DNA from: Psammoneis japonica
Taxonomy: Eukaryota
Reading direction: 5' to 3'
NCBI GenBank assembly: GCA_008632985.1
Contig: QPGO01000151.1
Location: forward strand, 62,001-126,000
Length of the DNA: 64,000 bases
Of the stretch, positions 47,969 through 61,112 are shown piece by piece. Under the pieces are notes generated by a model that saw only the letters and a program-made list of their open reading frames with translations, searched no databases and was not told the DNA's origin. Position 1 is the stretch's first letter. The number at the start of each line of letters is the position of its first letter. The position numbers and the translations under genes were made by a program.

Positions 47969-49648
47969 TCAGATGTCTTCGATGACTTCAAGGTTCTCGG
48001 GCTTAATTTTCAATGTACGATTCCTATCGTCTAAGAGCTGAACCTGTACGCGACCGCTAGGGCCAACTTGACCGTCGGTGACAACAGCTAGGACACCGTT
48101 CATGTCCTTTGCAACGAGATTCGTTAACTCAACCAACGTCCCCTCAGCGAATGGTTTATAGGAGACTTGGATGTTCTCTGGCTTCACGTTCACCTTCTTG
48201 GACAAACTTGGGATGTCAATAACAACACGGGATCCCCCGTCCTTAACAACGAGTCCCTTGATGCCGTTCATCTCTGCTTTCGGCAAGTTAACGAGTGTCA
48301 CCTCTTGTCCCGGCACAAATGCCGTTACAACTTCAGCTTTGACACCGGGTGTCGTCGCCTTGTCCGGTATGGTCTCCACGACAGTTGCGACAGGAATATT
48401 CTCGGAGTGTGAAGGACCTGGTTTTTCCTCGGGAGGAGAACGAGGAACCATGGAAACTGGTTGCGAGCCGACCCTAGCCAGTTTGAGAAAGGCGTGTGTA
48501 AGCACATGCTCTCCAGCATCATAGCACTTCTGGCAGAGAAAGAAATCCCAGCACTCGGCACACTTGTAGCAAGGTCCTCTGATGCCAATCTTGAGGCAGC
48601 CCCGGCACGTGCGATCATGAACCACTATGCATTTGCTTTCGCCACTGGCAATGCACCCCACGGCACACTTGCATTTCCCATCCGCGCCGTCACAATGCGA
48701 GCAGTGCTTGTGCGTAACAGGCTCCTCGCGTGGGAGTAGAAAAGTCGCAGAAGAGCCGACTCGTGCATACCTTTCGAAAGCGTGGTCCTTGTTGTGAGCG
48801 CCGGCGTTGTAACACTTTTCGCAAAGATCGTAGTCGAAGCACATGTTGCACTTGTACCGCGGGCCCTCGATGGAAGGAGTTTTGCAAGAATCGCACAAGA
48901 TACCGGAATGAACAACCTTACAAAGACTCTCCTCCGTGGCCGGGCAGCCTTCCTTGCAGCTGCAAGGGCCATCGAGGCCCTTGCAATGCGAACAGTGCTT
49001 TCTGGCCGCACTGCATTCAGTGGAATTCTTGACCGTGCAACCATGCTTGCAGGCGCACTGGCCAGAACGTCCATTGCAATGAGAGCAATGGTCCGGGCTT
49101 TCATCATCGCTATTGCCCGATAGCATGGCGCTTAGAAACAGAGCTCCAAGGAGACCAATCGCTGAGATATCGTCTCCACTTGAGACACCACGGCGACGGC
49201 TGTAACTCTGAAGAGGCTCAATGTAGAACTTCTCAAGCCAGCGCTTGTTGCACACCATTATAGTGCGTACTTGCCTACGCTCACCACCAATAACTGCATC
49301 TTCATGGACAGCCAGTATGTTACTAACTTTAGACAGCTCGTAGAACTCGTTGCTAGTGCCTCTTGGAAGCAGCTTGTTCTCATCATCGAGAAAGATGGTT
49401 TTGTTCGCTAACGTTTCGAGGTCGAAATCGTCGTATGCAAGCTTGAAGATGGCATCCTGGCGTTGCTTTGGGAGATGATGGGCGTTCTCGTAATCGAGGA
49501 GCTCGTCAACGATAATGTCAACACCACAAGATGCTGTTCCGCATCGCAAGTAGTAAGAAAGGCGACACACGTCGTGGTCGGGAACGGTGGTGCTCCTGCC
49601 GGTCGCCTTCACGTCCGTTTCCTCTGTTCCGATAATAAAAGCGACCAT
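47969..49648 (-). CDS. Protein with two ZZ-type zinc fingers, HCSHC Cys-rich repeats and two C-terminal SH3/KOW-like repeats
   Basis: HSGILCDSC..IEGPRYKCNMCFDYDLCEKC..H is the ZZ signature, present twice. Three HCSHCxGxxGxCxCxxGC units. C-terminal GxxVxLxNL..MNG..VKPEN twice. Intact 559-aa ORF. Confidence 0.85.
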   Translation of the reverse strand: MVAFIIGTEETDVKATGRSTTVPDHDVCRLSYYLRCGTASCGVDIIVDELLDYENAHHLPKQRQDAIFKLAYDDFDLETLANKTIFLDDENKLLPRGTSNEFYELSKVSNILAVHEDAVIGGERRQVRTIMVCNKRWLEKFYIEPLQSYSRRRGVSSGDDISAIGLLGALFLSAMLSGNSDDESPDHCSHCNGRSGQCACKHGCTVKNSTECSAARKHCSHCKGLDGPCSCKEGCPATEESLCKVVHSGILCDSCKTPSIEGPRYKCNMCFDYDLCEKCYNAGAHNKDHAFERYARVGSSATFLLPREEPVTHKHCSHCDGADGKCKCAVGCIASGESKCIVVHDRTCRGCLKIGIRGPCYKCAECWDFFLCQKCYDAGEHVLTHAFLKLARVGSQPVSMVPRSPPEEKPGPSHSENIPVATVVETIPDKATTPGVKAEVVTAFVPGQEVTLVNLPKAEMNGIKGLVVKDGGSRVVIDIPSLSKKVNVKPENIQVSYKPFAEGTLVELTNLVAKDMNGVLAVVTDGQVGPSGRVQVQLLDDRNRTLKIKPENLEVIEDI

Positions 49649-51977
49649 AGTCCTAGGTGCTAAATCTTAAAGGATAGATCTGGCTGTGATGTTTGTCAAA
49701 GTTAAAGTCGCGTTTTTATGACATTGTTGCTTGCGAACCACATGGAGATATCGCTTCTTCCGCGATCCTTTCAGTCATGCCGAATCACGCACGAGGCATA
49801 AATCTCACTACTACTCTCTACAGTACAGTACATACTGTAGCTATGTAGGGAGAGGGCATTACGAATATTTATGCCCACTTGCATTCGATACGTCAGATGC
49901 TATTGCCATCGAGTGACCCTTTCTCGTCACTCACCGAAACCGAGCACCCACTCGACTGGCGTGAGTTCGCGCGGAGCCTTCGTTTGTTCCTCCTTGCTCT
50001 GCACTGCACTCTCTACATGGGGGCGGCTGCTGCCAGCAGAGAACGAGCAGAGAGAGCTGCCAGCTACAGAGAGTAGAGAGGACAGGTGCTGCTGTGCTGA
50101 CACTGCTGCTTTGGGTGCAGCAGAGACAACTTTGGGCAGAAAGTTTGTTCGCGCATCTTCACTTCTCACCAACCCATCATTGGTGTGGCAGCAGAGTGTG
50201 CAAGAGCTGCTCCACATTGACTTTGCAGCTGTGACCACACACAAAAGTTCTTCCTTGTTCTGTGTGTGCAACAGACCAAGAGTTCTGCCATTGTTGTGGA
50301 AAACATCATTCTGTTCCTTCTGGGTCTCTCATTGTCCTCTCCTGATGGGGTGCGGCAAACAAGCTCGACAACTTTTTGCTGCAGTTGCTGCCAGACAACG
50401 GCCGCTGTCGCACATCTTGTCGATGGCTTGCTTGCTTCCTCCTTTGAAATGAGAGCTGTGCAATGCCATTGACTTAAAATCCAAAGGAAGCAATGACAAG
50501 AGATCATTTTTTGTTTTCATGGAGAAGCTCCTGCAATCATGAGCTTGCTGCCCAGAGTCTCTTTCCTGACAGCATGACGACCGCCCTTGTTGAAAATCAA
50601 ACACCACAGAAGGATGCACAGTTGGTCAGACATGAGCCTTCCTCAAGTGTCCAAAAATTTGATGCCCGGTTGTCAGAGTCAGCTGGCTCAGCATGGCTTC
50701 TGTTGTTTGTCCAAGAGTCTTGATGCATCCAAAGACACCATGCTGAGCACAGCATGCACCTGTCTTCATCACCTGACAGACTTTCAGCCAGAGCACTTTT
50801 CACAATCTTGCTTTCAGTGTCACATTTCATTCTGAATGTTTCCATGCTGTCAGTGCTTGTCCAGGCAGCTCTTTGCTTTTGAGCAAAGCCAGAGTTTTGT
50901 GAACAAAGCATGGCGTTTCTGTTGGAATCATCATGTCATGTGGCTGCAATGTTGCAATCTTTGAGCCAAGACTCAAAAAACTGCAGTCCCATGTGTGTTG
51001 AGCATTGTTGACAAACAAAGTCAATGCAGCAATCAAGTGAGAAATGCAGTGCCAGAGTTTTGCTTTTGCGGAAGAACGTCAATGTCAATGATGGGCATAC
51101 CCCTTTTTGTCTTGAGTCATGCCAAGCAAGACAAATGCTCTGGCTTTGGCAGCACATCTTGGGAATGAGAGATTGGACAAAGTGCTTGCTTCATCCTTTT
51201 CTTCAGCTCCCTGAAACCATTGACAAATCTGGCTGTGCTTGGTCTTTCTTTGGCACGGCAAATGACGATGGAGCCACCCACTGGGATCAGCTGATGCATT
51301 TGAGAATGCCCGCATGTGCAAGGCACTCTGCTTCCTTGTGTGGCGCAGCTTCATGCCAACAAGGCACTTTGTGCAGACATCCATGGTGTGGCTCTGTGTC
51401 TTCTTTTAGCAGGATGTCGCAGGGTTCTTCTCCTTTCCACTGTCCCAGTGTCCCATTGCTGAGTGTCCTTGAGAGGCGTGCCAGCCTCAGAAGCAGTGCT
51501 CACTTCCTGACATTTCAGTGGAAGAAGGAGCACCACAGTCATTGGCTCATCTGCTGCCACACATTGTTGGCACCCACAGTTTTGTCAAATTCTTCCATTT
51601 GCATGCCAGGGAAAGGTGCCAATTTCTTGCCATGTGTTGTCAAAGATCTCTCTGGTCAGTGTGTCTGCAACTCTGCCTGTGTTCTGCCCACACAATTGCA
51701 GGGCTGACACCCTCCATGAAACAGAAAAATGCAAAGTGCTGCATTGGAAACAAGAAATGCAGGACAAACATCCAAACAAGTTTCCAGGAGGACCAACAAA
51801 GACAGCATCACACCATGCACCAAACCAGAGCAGCTTGTGGCAAATGTCAGCAGCCCATGGCACCCATGTCAGCAACACAAACAGCCTTGGTGAGCACATC
51901 TGTGGGGTTGACAATGCCTGCAACATGTTTTTGGCAACAATTGTCTGGGCCACCTGCTGGCTTTTAATTGCAAAGAA

Positions 51978-52121
51978 GTGTGTGTGTGTGTGTGTGCCTG
52001 TCATCAACACGTTTGAGTCCCAAAGGGACTTGGCAAGATTTTTGCCATGTCTTCTTCTTCTTCTTCTTCTTCTTCTTCTTCTTTTCTTCTTCTTCTTCTT
52101 CTTCTTCTTCTTCTTCTTCTT
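51978..52121. repeat. (GT)n and (CTT)n microsatellites
   Basis: gtgtgt run at ~51978-51997; cttctt run at ~52050-52121. Confidence 0.9.
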
Positions 52122-52282
52122 GTTGGTTGCCAGCTGTTTTTGTCAACAAAAAGCAGAGATTTGAGGAAACCCCAGTTTTGCCAGCAAAAGAGCTCATCTG
52201 CAGCACTTGTTTTGCTCACCAGTGACACAAGCATGTGGGAACCAAACACAGCTTCAGCACACCATGCAAATTGGGGGGGGGG

Positions 52283-52476
52283 NNNNNNNNNNNNNNNNNN
52301 NNNNNNNNNNNNNNNNNNNNNNNNNNNNNNNNNNNNNNNNNNNNNNNNNNNNNNNNNNNNNNNNNNNNNNNNNNNNNNNNNNNNNNNNNNNNNNNNNNNN
52401 NNNNNNNNNNNNNNNNNNNNNNNNNNNNNNNNNNNNNNNNNNNNNNNNNNNNNNNNNNNNNNNNNNNNNNNNNNNN
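52283..52476. other. Assembly gap (N run)
   Basis: Run of n bases following a G homopolymer. Confidence 0.99.
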
Positions 52477-54356
52477 AAATGCAGACAGCACTGCAACAGG
52501 GCACCCAGTGTGTCAAGTCTGCACCAGCTGGCACATGCAATGACAACATTCACCGAGTGCAGAGTGGAAAGAAAACTTGTGCAACTTTGTCTTCTCACAA
52601 TGCTCATTTGTTCCTTTGCTGGGCTGATGGACAATTGTGACTCTGAGGAACTTTTTGTGGCAACAGGAGCAGCCTTGGAATTGTTGTGGGGCTCAGCATG
52701 TGCAGCTTGCTTTTTGGGGTGTTCTGTTCAATGCAACTGCAGCAGCAAACAGCAATGGCCTCACTTGTTTGAAGTGCATTGACTCTGTTTGGCTTGGTCA
52801 ATGACCAAGGATTTTGAAATGAGGAGAGTCTTTGCTCTCAAGCTGGGAAAGTCTCATTGGCAATGGTCTTTGTGCACACATGCCAAAGCAAAGTTGTCAA
52901 CTTGGCAGAGGAACAGAGCCTTCTTGGTGAACTAAAAGTGCCAGAGCAGATGCATCTGTCTCATGAGCTGCGCTGAAAAAAAAAAAAGCAACTTCATGTC
53001 AGAGAGGAAGCTGCTGACCCAACAATGTTCCCACAGTGCTGCTCAAGACCCAAGTGTCCTTGAATTGCACAAGCTTTGTTGGCAAAACATGCGGGCAATT
53101 GACCTTCTTTCCAAAGTGTTTCTCTTGCACCATGAAGCATGTGCATCATTGACAGAGGAACACACTGGGGAGCCATCAGTGCAGATGTCACAAACGTTGC
53201 CAAACACAGGCAGCAAGAGCAAAGAACATTTGATGGGCTGATTGATCAGTGCAAGCAGAGTGAGCACAGACAAGTTTGCAGAGAGCTGGAGCCACACACT
53301 CAGAACCGTGATTGACAAAACTGAAAGTGCTTGCCCTTTTTTGTGCTCTTGCCCCAGTTGGACATTTTGCAAAGTTTGCTTTGTGTGAGAGCAAGATGAT
53401 CAAGGGTTCAAAAAGTCAACAAAACTCCATGCAAGCAGTGCACTGGTGAAAAAGCAACATTGAAACTCAAAATCTTGGAGTGCACAAGCCAACGCAACTC
53501 ACGCTCAGCACCATCTTTCACAGGTGCATTGGCATCATCAATTAAAACAATGTGTGCACTCTTGAGAACATCCCAAGTGTGGCCATGAGTGATGAGAACA
53601 TCCATCAAAGACAGGTTCCAATTTTTGCATCTGTGATGCAAATGCACCACTGAGCAGCTCACCCATGAGTCGAGTGAAAAACCATGTGTCCAAGCTGCAA
53701 AAGAGAATCCTCAACAGGGCACACAAGAGAGTGTGGCAGCAAAGGGAATCTCAGAGAGAAAGCAAACTTGTCCATGGCTGGCAATTTTCCATTGATTGAG
53801 GTGCGGTTGGTTCACATTTTTGGGTGCACTCTGCACAGATGGATGAAGTTCCCCCCAACTTTGTTGAGATTTGGTGGGGTCCCCAAGAGTGCAACATTTC
53901 AGAAACAGGGCAATTTTCAACCAGGAAACAAGCCCAAATGTGGCAGCCAACAGTGCTGAAAGAGCCAAAGCCATCAACCTTGCCTGTGACAACAGCACAG
54001 CATCTTAGTTCTTTTGGAAGAAAGAGCGTTCTTGATGTGGATGTGGTTGCAGAAAGTGCACAGCTGCCAGAATCAACAGGCAGCCCAGCTCCAATGTCCA
54101 ATGAGCATCTCAGTGGTGGGTTTTCTCAGTTTGCCAAGAGTGTGCCACCAGCCAGCCCTGCTTCACAGTCAAAAGACACAACAAGACATTGAGCTCCCAT
54201 TCGATGTTTGTCACCTTAACCCACACACCAAGAGCACACTCATCTGGACATTTTGGACAGTGCTTTTTCTTTGACAAAAGAGAGAGAGAGGTCACAAAGC
54301 CAGTCCAACAGGCTGCTTTGCACAGTGCATGGCACATTGCCATGAAAATGCTTTTG

Positions 54357-55232
54357 CAGCATGCCTCAGCACTGGACAACACGGCAAGACTGTGCACAGC
54401 CTCTTGCATGTGGCAACGCAGCATTGTCAGCATGCACCTGGGAAGCACAACCACAGGAGGGCGTGGCTCCATGTCTCAGGCAATCTAGAAGGATGCCAAG
54501 AGAGCACCCGTGTGAAGCACACTGACCTGTTGTCTGGCCCACAACAGTGGCGTGATTCCACACGATGATCACTTGTGCACAGCGCGCGATGGTGTGATTC
54601 GCATGATCCACAATGTGAATGCACGATCGATTGGCACAATCCAAAATGCAAATGAACAGCTGATTTGACAAGATTCCCCATTCACACAATTCCATTTCTC
54701 TGCACATGAACCAGCTCACAATTTTCACAATGACACAATTGAAACACATCTGCATTTTTGTAGATTTTGCAACCTGGCGCACTGTGCGGGAGTGACATTG
54801 CTGTGCCCCATGCATGCAATGGGCGACAAAAATGTGGATGTGTTTCAATTGTGTCATTGTGAAAATTGTGAGCCAGTTCATGTGCAGAGAAATGGAATCG
54901 TGCAAACAGGGGATCTTGTCAAATTGGCCATTTGTTCACATTTTGGATCGCACCAATCGATCGTGCATTCGCATTGTGGATCGTGCGAATCATGCCATCA
55001 CACGCTGTGCACAAGTGATGTCATCATGTGGAATCACGCCACTGTTGTGGGCCAGACAACAGGTCAGTGTGCTTCACATGGGTGCTCTCTTGGCATCCTT
55101 CTGGATTGCCCAAGACATGGAGCCACACCCTCCCACAGTCGTGCTTCCCAGGCACGTGCTGACAATGCTGCATTGCCATGTGCAAGAGGCCATGCACGGT
55201 CTTGCCGTGTTGTCCAGCACTGAAGCATGCTG
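54357..55232. mobile_element. Foldback / long-TIR element: ~405-bp inverted arms with a ~64-bp spacer
   Basis: 54357-54761 is the reverse complement of 54826-55232 (e.g. cagcactggacaacacggcaaga / tcttgccgtgttgtccagcactg). Mirrored ORF translations appear on opposite strands. Confidence 0.88.
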
Positions 55233-58200
55233 TGCTTTGAGTGATGCTGTCACTCATGCACAGCAACTGGCACACTGTCTTGCCTGAAACCAATGCTGTC
55301 ATGTTGTTGATCTTTCACTTTCAGATTTTTCACACAGACAAGGTTGCATGGCAGCACAGATCATGCTTGATGCCACAGACTCTTTGGTCTGTTTGGCATT
55401 GATGCACACAGCAGGAGAAAAACACACCCCAAGACTCAAGCAAGCATGTGCAAAATGGGGCACACCCTTCACATGCTTGTGGGTGACTGTTTTGTGCAAA
55501 TGATGGCCACTGTTGTGAGCAGCAAGATGCTGGTGCCAAGAAAAAGATGTTTGGCACCAACTGTCCCATGGAGTTGAGCAAAGCATCTGCAGCCACCTCT
55601 TTTTTAGAACTTGATTTGTCAGCAGTGCGGTGCTCAAGCAGAGTCAGGGCTTTGTTGGACTTTGAGAAAGAAGAGCACAATGTTGACAAAAACAATCTTG
55701 AGCTCAGGGCTGTTCTGGCAATGTTGGTTGCGTGCAGCATTGTCCATTGAGGCAACAGCTGGTAGAGCCAAAACACCCACAAAAGCCTTGTCATGACAAG
55801 TGAGGGCCACAGAAACAAGAAGGACTTTCTCTTGGCATTTGTGCCAATGGTGCTGAGCAACAAAGGCACTTGTGCCATGTTCAGGGGTGTTGACACATCA
55901 CATCAGATGTTTTCAGATCAAAACCTTTTGTTGAGAAAGAGCAAACCCCACTCATCAATTGAAGTGGAGCACAGACTTGGGTGCTGGAAAAGACATGTGC
56001 AGCCAACCAGGCATGGCAAATCAGATCATCCCTCCTCAACAAAGAGCATGTGATCTCAACAGGACAAAGGCTCTGTGGACCAAAAGCAGTGCAAAGTGAT
56101 GAGAGCAGCTACAAAGCTGCAGAATCAAAAAGAGTTCTCAAGGTGTTGTCACTTTGAGTCAGCAACCAAGTTCTGTTGTTGTCAATCTGCTGGGATGGTT
56201 GGAAGATTTTGTCATGCCCAAGTCAACTTGTTGCTCAAAGGTGATGAGACACAAATGGCATCAACTGCTCTTGCAAATGCTCCAAGCCATGAGAAGTGCC
56301 ATGATGCTCAAAACTTCTTGCCTGTTTGCTTCCTTCTCACCAGATTTTCTCTCCCCCAACAAAAAAAATTGGGGTGGTGCCATCATTGTTTTTGGGGGGG
56401 CACTGCAGAAATGCCTCAAGAACCAGAGCAATGGTGCTGAGCCCAGACATTGCAGGAGAGGCACTTTGGCTGGAAAATGAGGGCGGTGAAGTGGAGGGCA
56501 CCCAGCAGGGCTGACAGCCCCCAATTTGCAGCTGCCCTTCTTCCATGTGGTGTCTCTGGACAAAAGAAGGTGGACCACATGCCATGTCCAAGTTCAGGTC
56601 ACACTGTTGGAGGTGAGCAAATCTTCATGAGTGCCACTGACTGCTTTCTTGGTGCCTGCAGCACCAGGAATGGAGGAGGCACAAATGGCTTTTGCCTGGT
56701 CATCCAGTGGTCTGAGATCCAACTTTCTCCTCCCCTCCCTCAAAGAGCGGGCAGCTGTGCCAACTCTGGACCCATCAGCAGCTGCTGACAATGCCTGCAC
56801 ACTGTGAACTTGAGTGAACTGCATGGGCAGGCAGCTGCTCCTGTGCTGCTCTTCAATCTTGTGACCTGAAAGTTGTTTGCCTTGCTTGGGAATGCAGTTG
56901 CAGCAAAGTCCCCCTTCTGTGACAGTGCCCATTGCTGCCACCTTGGGAGCCCATCCATGTTGCCACCTCTGTCAGGCACCTCATTGCTGGAGGAGATGTT
57001 GTTGTTCTTTGCCAGTGCATGGGGTCACATGCCCGCGCAGTTGCCAGCAGCAATGGCCAGCATTCAAGCCACACAGTCAAATCCAAAGCTGTCAACCAAT
57101 GACTTGGAGGCATCAATCCAAGGCAGGTGGCACTTTTCCCCCCCTTGTCTTGACGTTGCAATTGTTGCCATGTCTCCTCCATGTCAACCAACTCTCTTGG
57201 AGCAAGGCCTGTGGCTTCAGTTTCCCTGCAATGATGGGGATGATGGTTGGCATTGCATGTTGAGCAAGGTCCATGTTTGTGGTCAAACAGTCATGGACCA
57301 AAACTGCCCATGTTGCGCTGTGTCATCTGTCAAGGTTGCAGCCACCCTTGGCTGAGCTGGAGCCACAAAAGGCTTTGTGAAAGATGACAGGGTCATTTTC
57401 CAGATGTGTGCCAGTGTGGCACAATTGTGTGCCACAGCTCAAGTTTGACACCCTTTGTGTCCTCCACCCTGGTCATTGACACATGGTCAGAGAGTCAGCT
57501 TCTGCCTGCCTCCAGTGCAAGCAGAGTCCAACTGTTGATGGAGCAGCTGTCAACCCATGTGAGCTCCAAAAGCTGGCTGGCAAAATGTGCACAGGTCACA
57601 CTGCCAAAACCAAAGATGTTGTGCCAGTGCTGGTGCTTTGTTTGCACAGTTGGAAATTCTGCAGCCAGCACTGTTGTCTTGCAGTTGTCACTTCTTTTCT
57701 CAGCCACTCAGCCAAATGACCTGGTGCATGATTGGGAAGATTGCTGACAGAGAGCACAGCAAACAGCGGGCATTGGTGCAGGGCAAGTGGTCTGATGTTT
57801 GGCTCATGAAAGTGCTTTGTCAAAGACCTGGTTTTTTGACCAGCTTGCATTCCACAGGAAAGCCTGCTGCTTTGACTCTTTGTTCACCGCAATGGATTAG
57901 AACAGATTTTTTGCGTGGTTGAATGCACGCAAAATTTTTTTGCCATGACTCACCACAGGACAGCGACGCCATGAGCCCCAACGGTGTTGTCTTTGCCATT
58001 GTTGCAGATGACACATGCTGATAAAACATTGCTCTTCATTTGGAAAAAGCATTTGGAATCAGGTGTTGTGTTTGAGAAACTCCAGCATTGAATTGTGGAT
58101 GGGGCAAACAATGGCAAAACAGATTCATGCAGGCTGTTGTTTTTGCATCAAAGTGTGAGCAGCACACGTTGTTGTCTCTTGCGTTGTTGTGTGCTGCTCC

Positions 58201-59299
58201 CTGCGTTTTATGCAATGCCTTGGCAATGCACACCAATCTGTCATTTTCTGTCTTTACATTCATTCATTGCATCTGAGTTCATTGACAGTGCTGCTGATGG
58301 TGTTGCCATGTTGCAGCATTGTCCATCGCTCCAATTCAGACACCAGTGCTGATGCTGCGTGGGAATTCTGAGGACACACACTGACAACAAATCACTCTTC
58401 ATTGTTCAGAAAAAACATTTGAAAACTGGTGCTGTGTTTGAGAGAGGCTTTGATTGTGGATGGGGGGGCAAAAAAGATGCAGCCAGCAGTTGGGCTTTGT
58501 TTTGGCATCAAAGCAAGTCATGTTGTTGTCTGTTGCATTGTCATTTGTCACTCAATGGATTTTTTGTAGTGCAAGCCAGACGGAATGGCATCAGACACGG
58601 CATTGTCTTCACCTTGACAAAACAAGCTGTTTTGTCAAGGTGCATTTCACCAAGCCATGCATGGACATGTGAGTGTGAGCACATTTGCCGTTTGCCATGG
58701 CCATCAACAAAGGCAGGTGCACAGCCTTGCATTTTTGAGCACTTTGATGAAAGCAAAAAGTTTGCCACTCAAAGTGGCAAGCTTGACAAAAGCTGGCCAG
58801 CAGAGAGGAGGTCATTCAGGGAATGCATGGAATGGAAAAAACTTGATGTTGTGACAACTCAAACATCAGCTGCAATTTGGCACAATGAGCTCCTTCAACT
58901 TCAACTTTTCCAAAATCAAAGGGTCAGTGCATGTGAAACTTTCGTTTGTTTTTTATGCACTCTCCCCTTTTGATTTTTGAAATGATCAGCATTGAAGGAC
59001 TTTGCTGTGCAGAATGCAATTTTTGGTCAGCATTGCACCACATGTGAAAAATGTTCTCTGCACACACTCTTTTTCAATTTTTGGAGCTTGTGTTTGTGGC
59101 CTGCTTCAACTTGCTCAACTGATGTTTGAACATGCCCTCTGTTTCTCCAGATGTCAGACAGCCAGTTTTTGCCAAGTGTGCTGTGAAATGATGTCCTCTT
59201 GCCTCTCATCTGTCTCATCCACCAGCCCTCTTTTTGCACTGTTCACTCAAATCTCCAGTGCACTGTGGCCAAGGAAGAGGAAGCATCTGCTGGAGCTGG

Positions 59300-60800
59300 C
59301 TGTCATCAGGAGCTGGTGAAAGCACAAACCAAAAGTGTCATCACACAGGGCTTTCCTTTCCAAGACAACCCACCCCATCCCAAGTTGATGCTGAAGGAGC
59401 AATGGCCAGCCACACTCCATCCAACCTCACCCCTGACAATGCTGCCATCACTTCCTCCATTCCTCCTGCCAACCAAACTCCTGTCAACCTGAAACCCTCC
59501 AAAAAGTGCTTTGCTTGTGGTCCTCAACCTCCTTTTGACAAAACCCATCATCAACAAGCACTGCATTGTGCAGTGGTCAAAGCAAGAGATGCCATCTTTG
59601 CTTGCATTGCCACTCAGGAGCAACAAGGCTGTGCCTTGCTTCAAACATGCCATGCACATCTCTCTGATTCTTTGAAGCAAGATGCCACCACAACCAACAA
59701 TGCTCACTTGGAAGAGTTCATTGTGTGACCAAAGAACCACAGGCTGTGTCAGACATGGCTTGTGATTTGGGTTCACGAAACAGGTGGTTGTGCCAAACAG
59801 TGTCAGCGTGCTTTGACACTGTGGCTTTCTCTGCGTTTGCCTGCAAATGCAAAATTGTCTTTGACCATGCTGCTGGAGCACCTGGACATGGCAAAGGAGA
59901 GGTTGATGGAATTGGAGCCTGTGTCAAATCACTTGCATGTCAAGAAATGCAGCTCACAGCTGCTGCAGAAGCAAATGATGAAGACAACAGTGCCGGTGCT
60001 TTGGCTGTGGATGACAACAATGTTGCAACAGAGCAAAGTCACAAAAAAATGCCAAAGGAGCAGTTGGTGACAGGAAACAAGCTTTGAGGGAATGCCTTCG
60101 AAAGTTGAAAGAAAGGGCATGTCATCTGCAAGACCACATTGATGTTCTTTTTTTTGTTGAAGTCAAGTTGCAAGGACTGGTGCAACTGCATCAGTGCCAT
60201 TGTGGCATTGATGCCATGTGCCATTTTTAATTTGAACCCCTTGTTTCTGTCTCCTGTTGGATGGCCTTGGGTTGCCATGAAATGCATTCCTTGTGCTTGC
60301 AATGGCTGCCTTGATCAGCTCAGAAGACCTTGGGGGCAAAGAATTTTGGGCCAGCTGAGCAGCCTTGACATGCAGCTGGCAACCGAGCCTGCAAACTGTG
60401 GCTCATCACCAAGGGATGACTGAATGATTGGCAAGTTTGTCAGGTGATTCCAACTGAGAGTGATGGCAGCAAGGTGCAATTGGTTCTCCAATCTGTGTTG
60501 GACATTTTGAACAAGGAGGTGGCAGAGCAAATTGTTGCAAGCAGCTGTGTCACATTGTCTTGTGAATCTGATGAGGGCTGTTGTCTGCTGCAACAGGATG
60601 AACTGCCCCACAAAGCACAGGACAAAGGTGCTGTGTGGAATTGGTTTGATCCACCTGTGGCTGTCAAGGCTGGTGAATGGGTTTGCACAGGAGTGCATCT
60701 AAAAATTGTGGTGTTCCAAGGGCCAGAGGATGCACTCCTGGAGACTCCACTGGGGAGCATCAAATGAGAGCATTGCTCAAGCAAATTGTGGTTGCAAACA
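59300..60800 (+). mobile_element. Degenerate DDE-type DNA transposase remnant (Sola2-like motifs, family uncertain)
   Basis: Fragments HAHLSDSLKQDATT, IWVHETGGCAKQC (from TDGCAKQY) and DHAAGAPGHGKGEVDGIGACVK resemble SDG..QY...HGK..DG.G transposases. Confidence 0.55.
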
Positions 60801-61112
60801 CTGAGCTGAATGAACCATCAGCCTTTCTGCAACTTCCAAGATGTGCAACAGGAACAACGCTTGACTTCTTAATTCACATCATGTGACTGAGGACGAGCAT
60901 GAAGCCTTTCTTGATGCAATCCACCAGTGCAAGCCACTGCATCATTTGATGATGATGACAATGATGACAACAGCAAAAGTGATGAGCCAGAGGAAGAAAA
61001 CAATGATGATGAGGAAGACAGTGTGGGGGGAGGGGAGTGGGACAGCAAAAGTGATGAGCCCAAGGAACAAAATGGGGCAATTGGACAACAGACAAGCACC
61101 ACAATTGTCACT

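Noticed and set aside
52004..52782. ORFs with poly-Ser/Leu/Glu/Arg tracts spanning X runs
   Set aside because: Artefacts of the (CTT)n microsatellite and the assembly gap.
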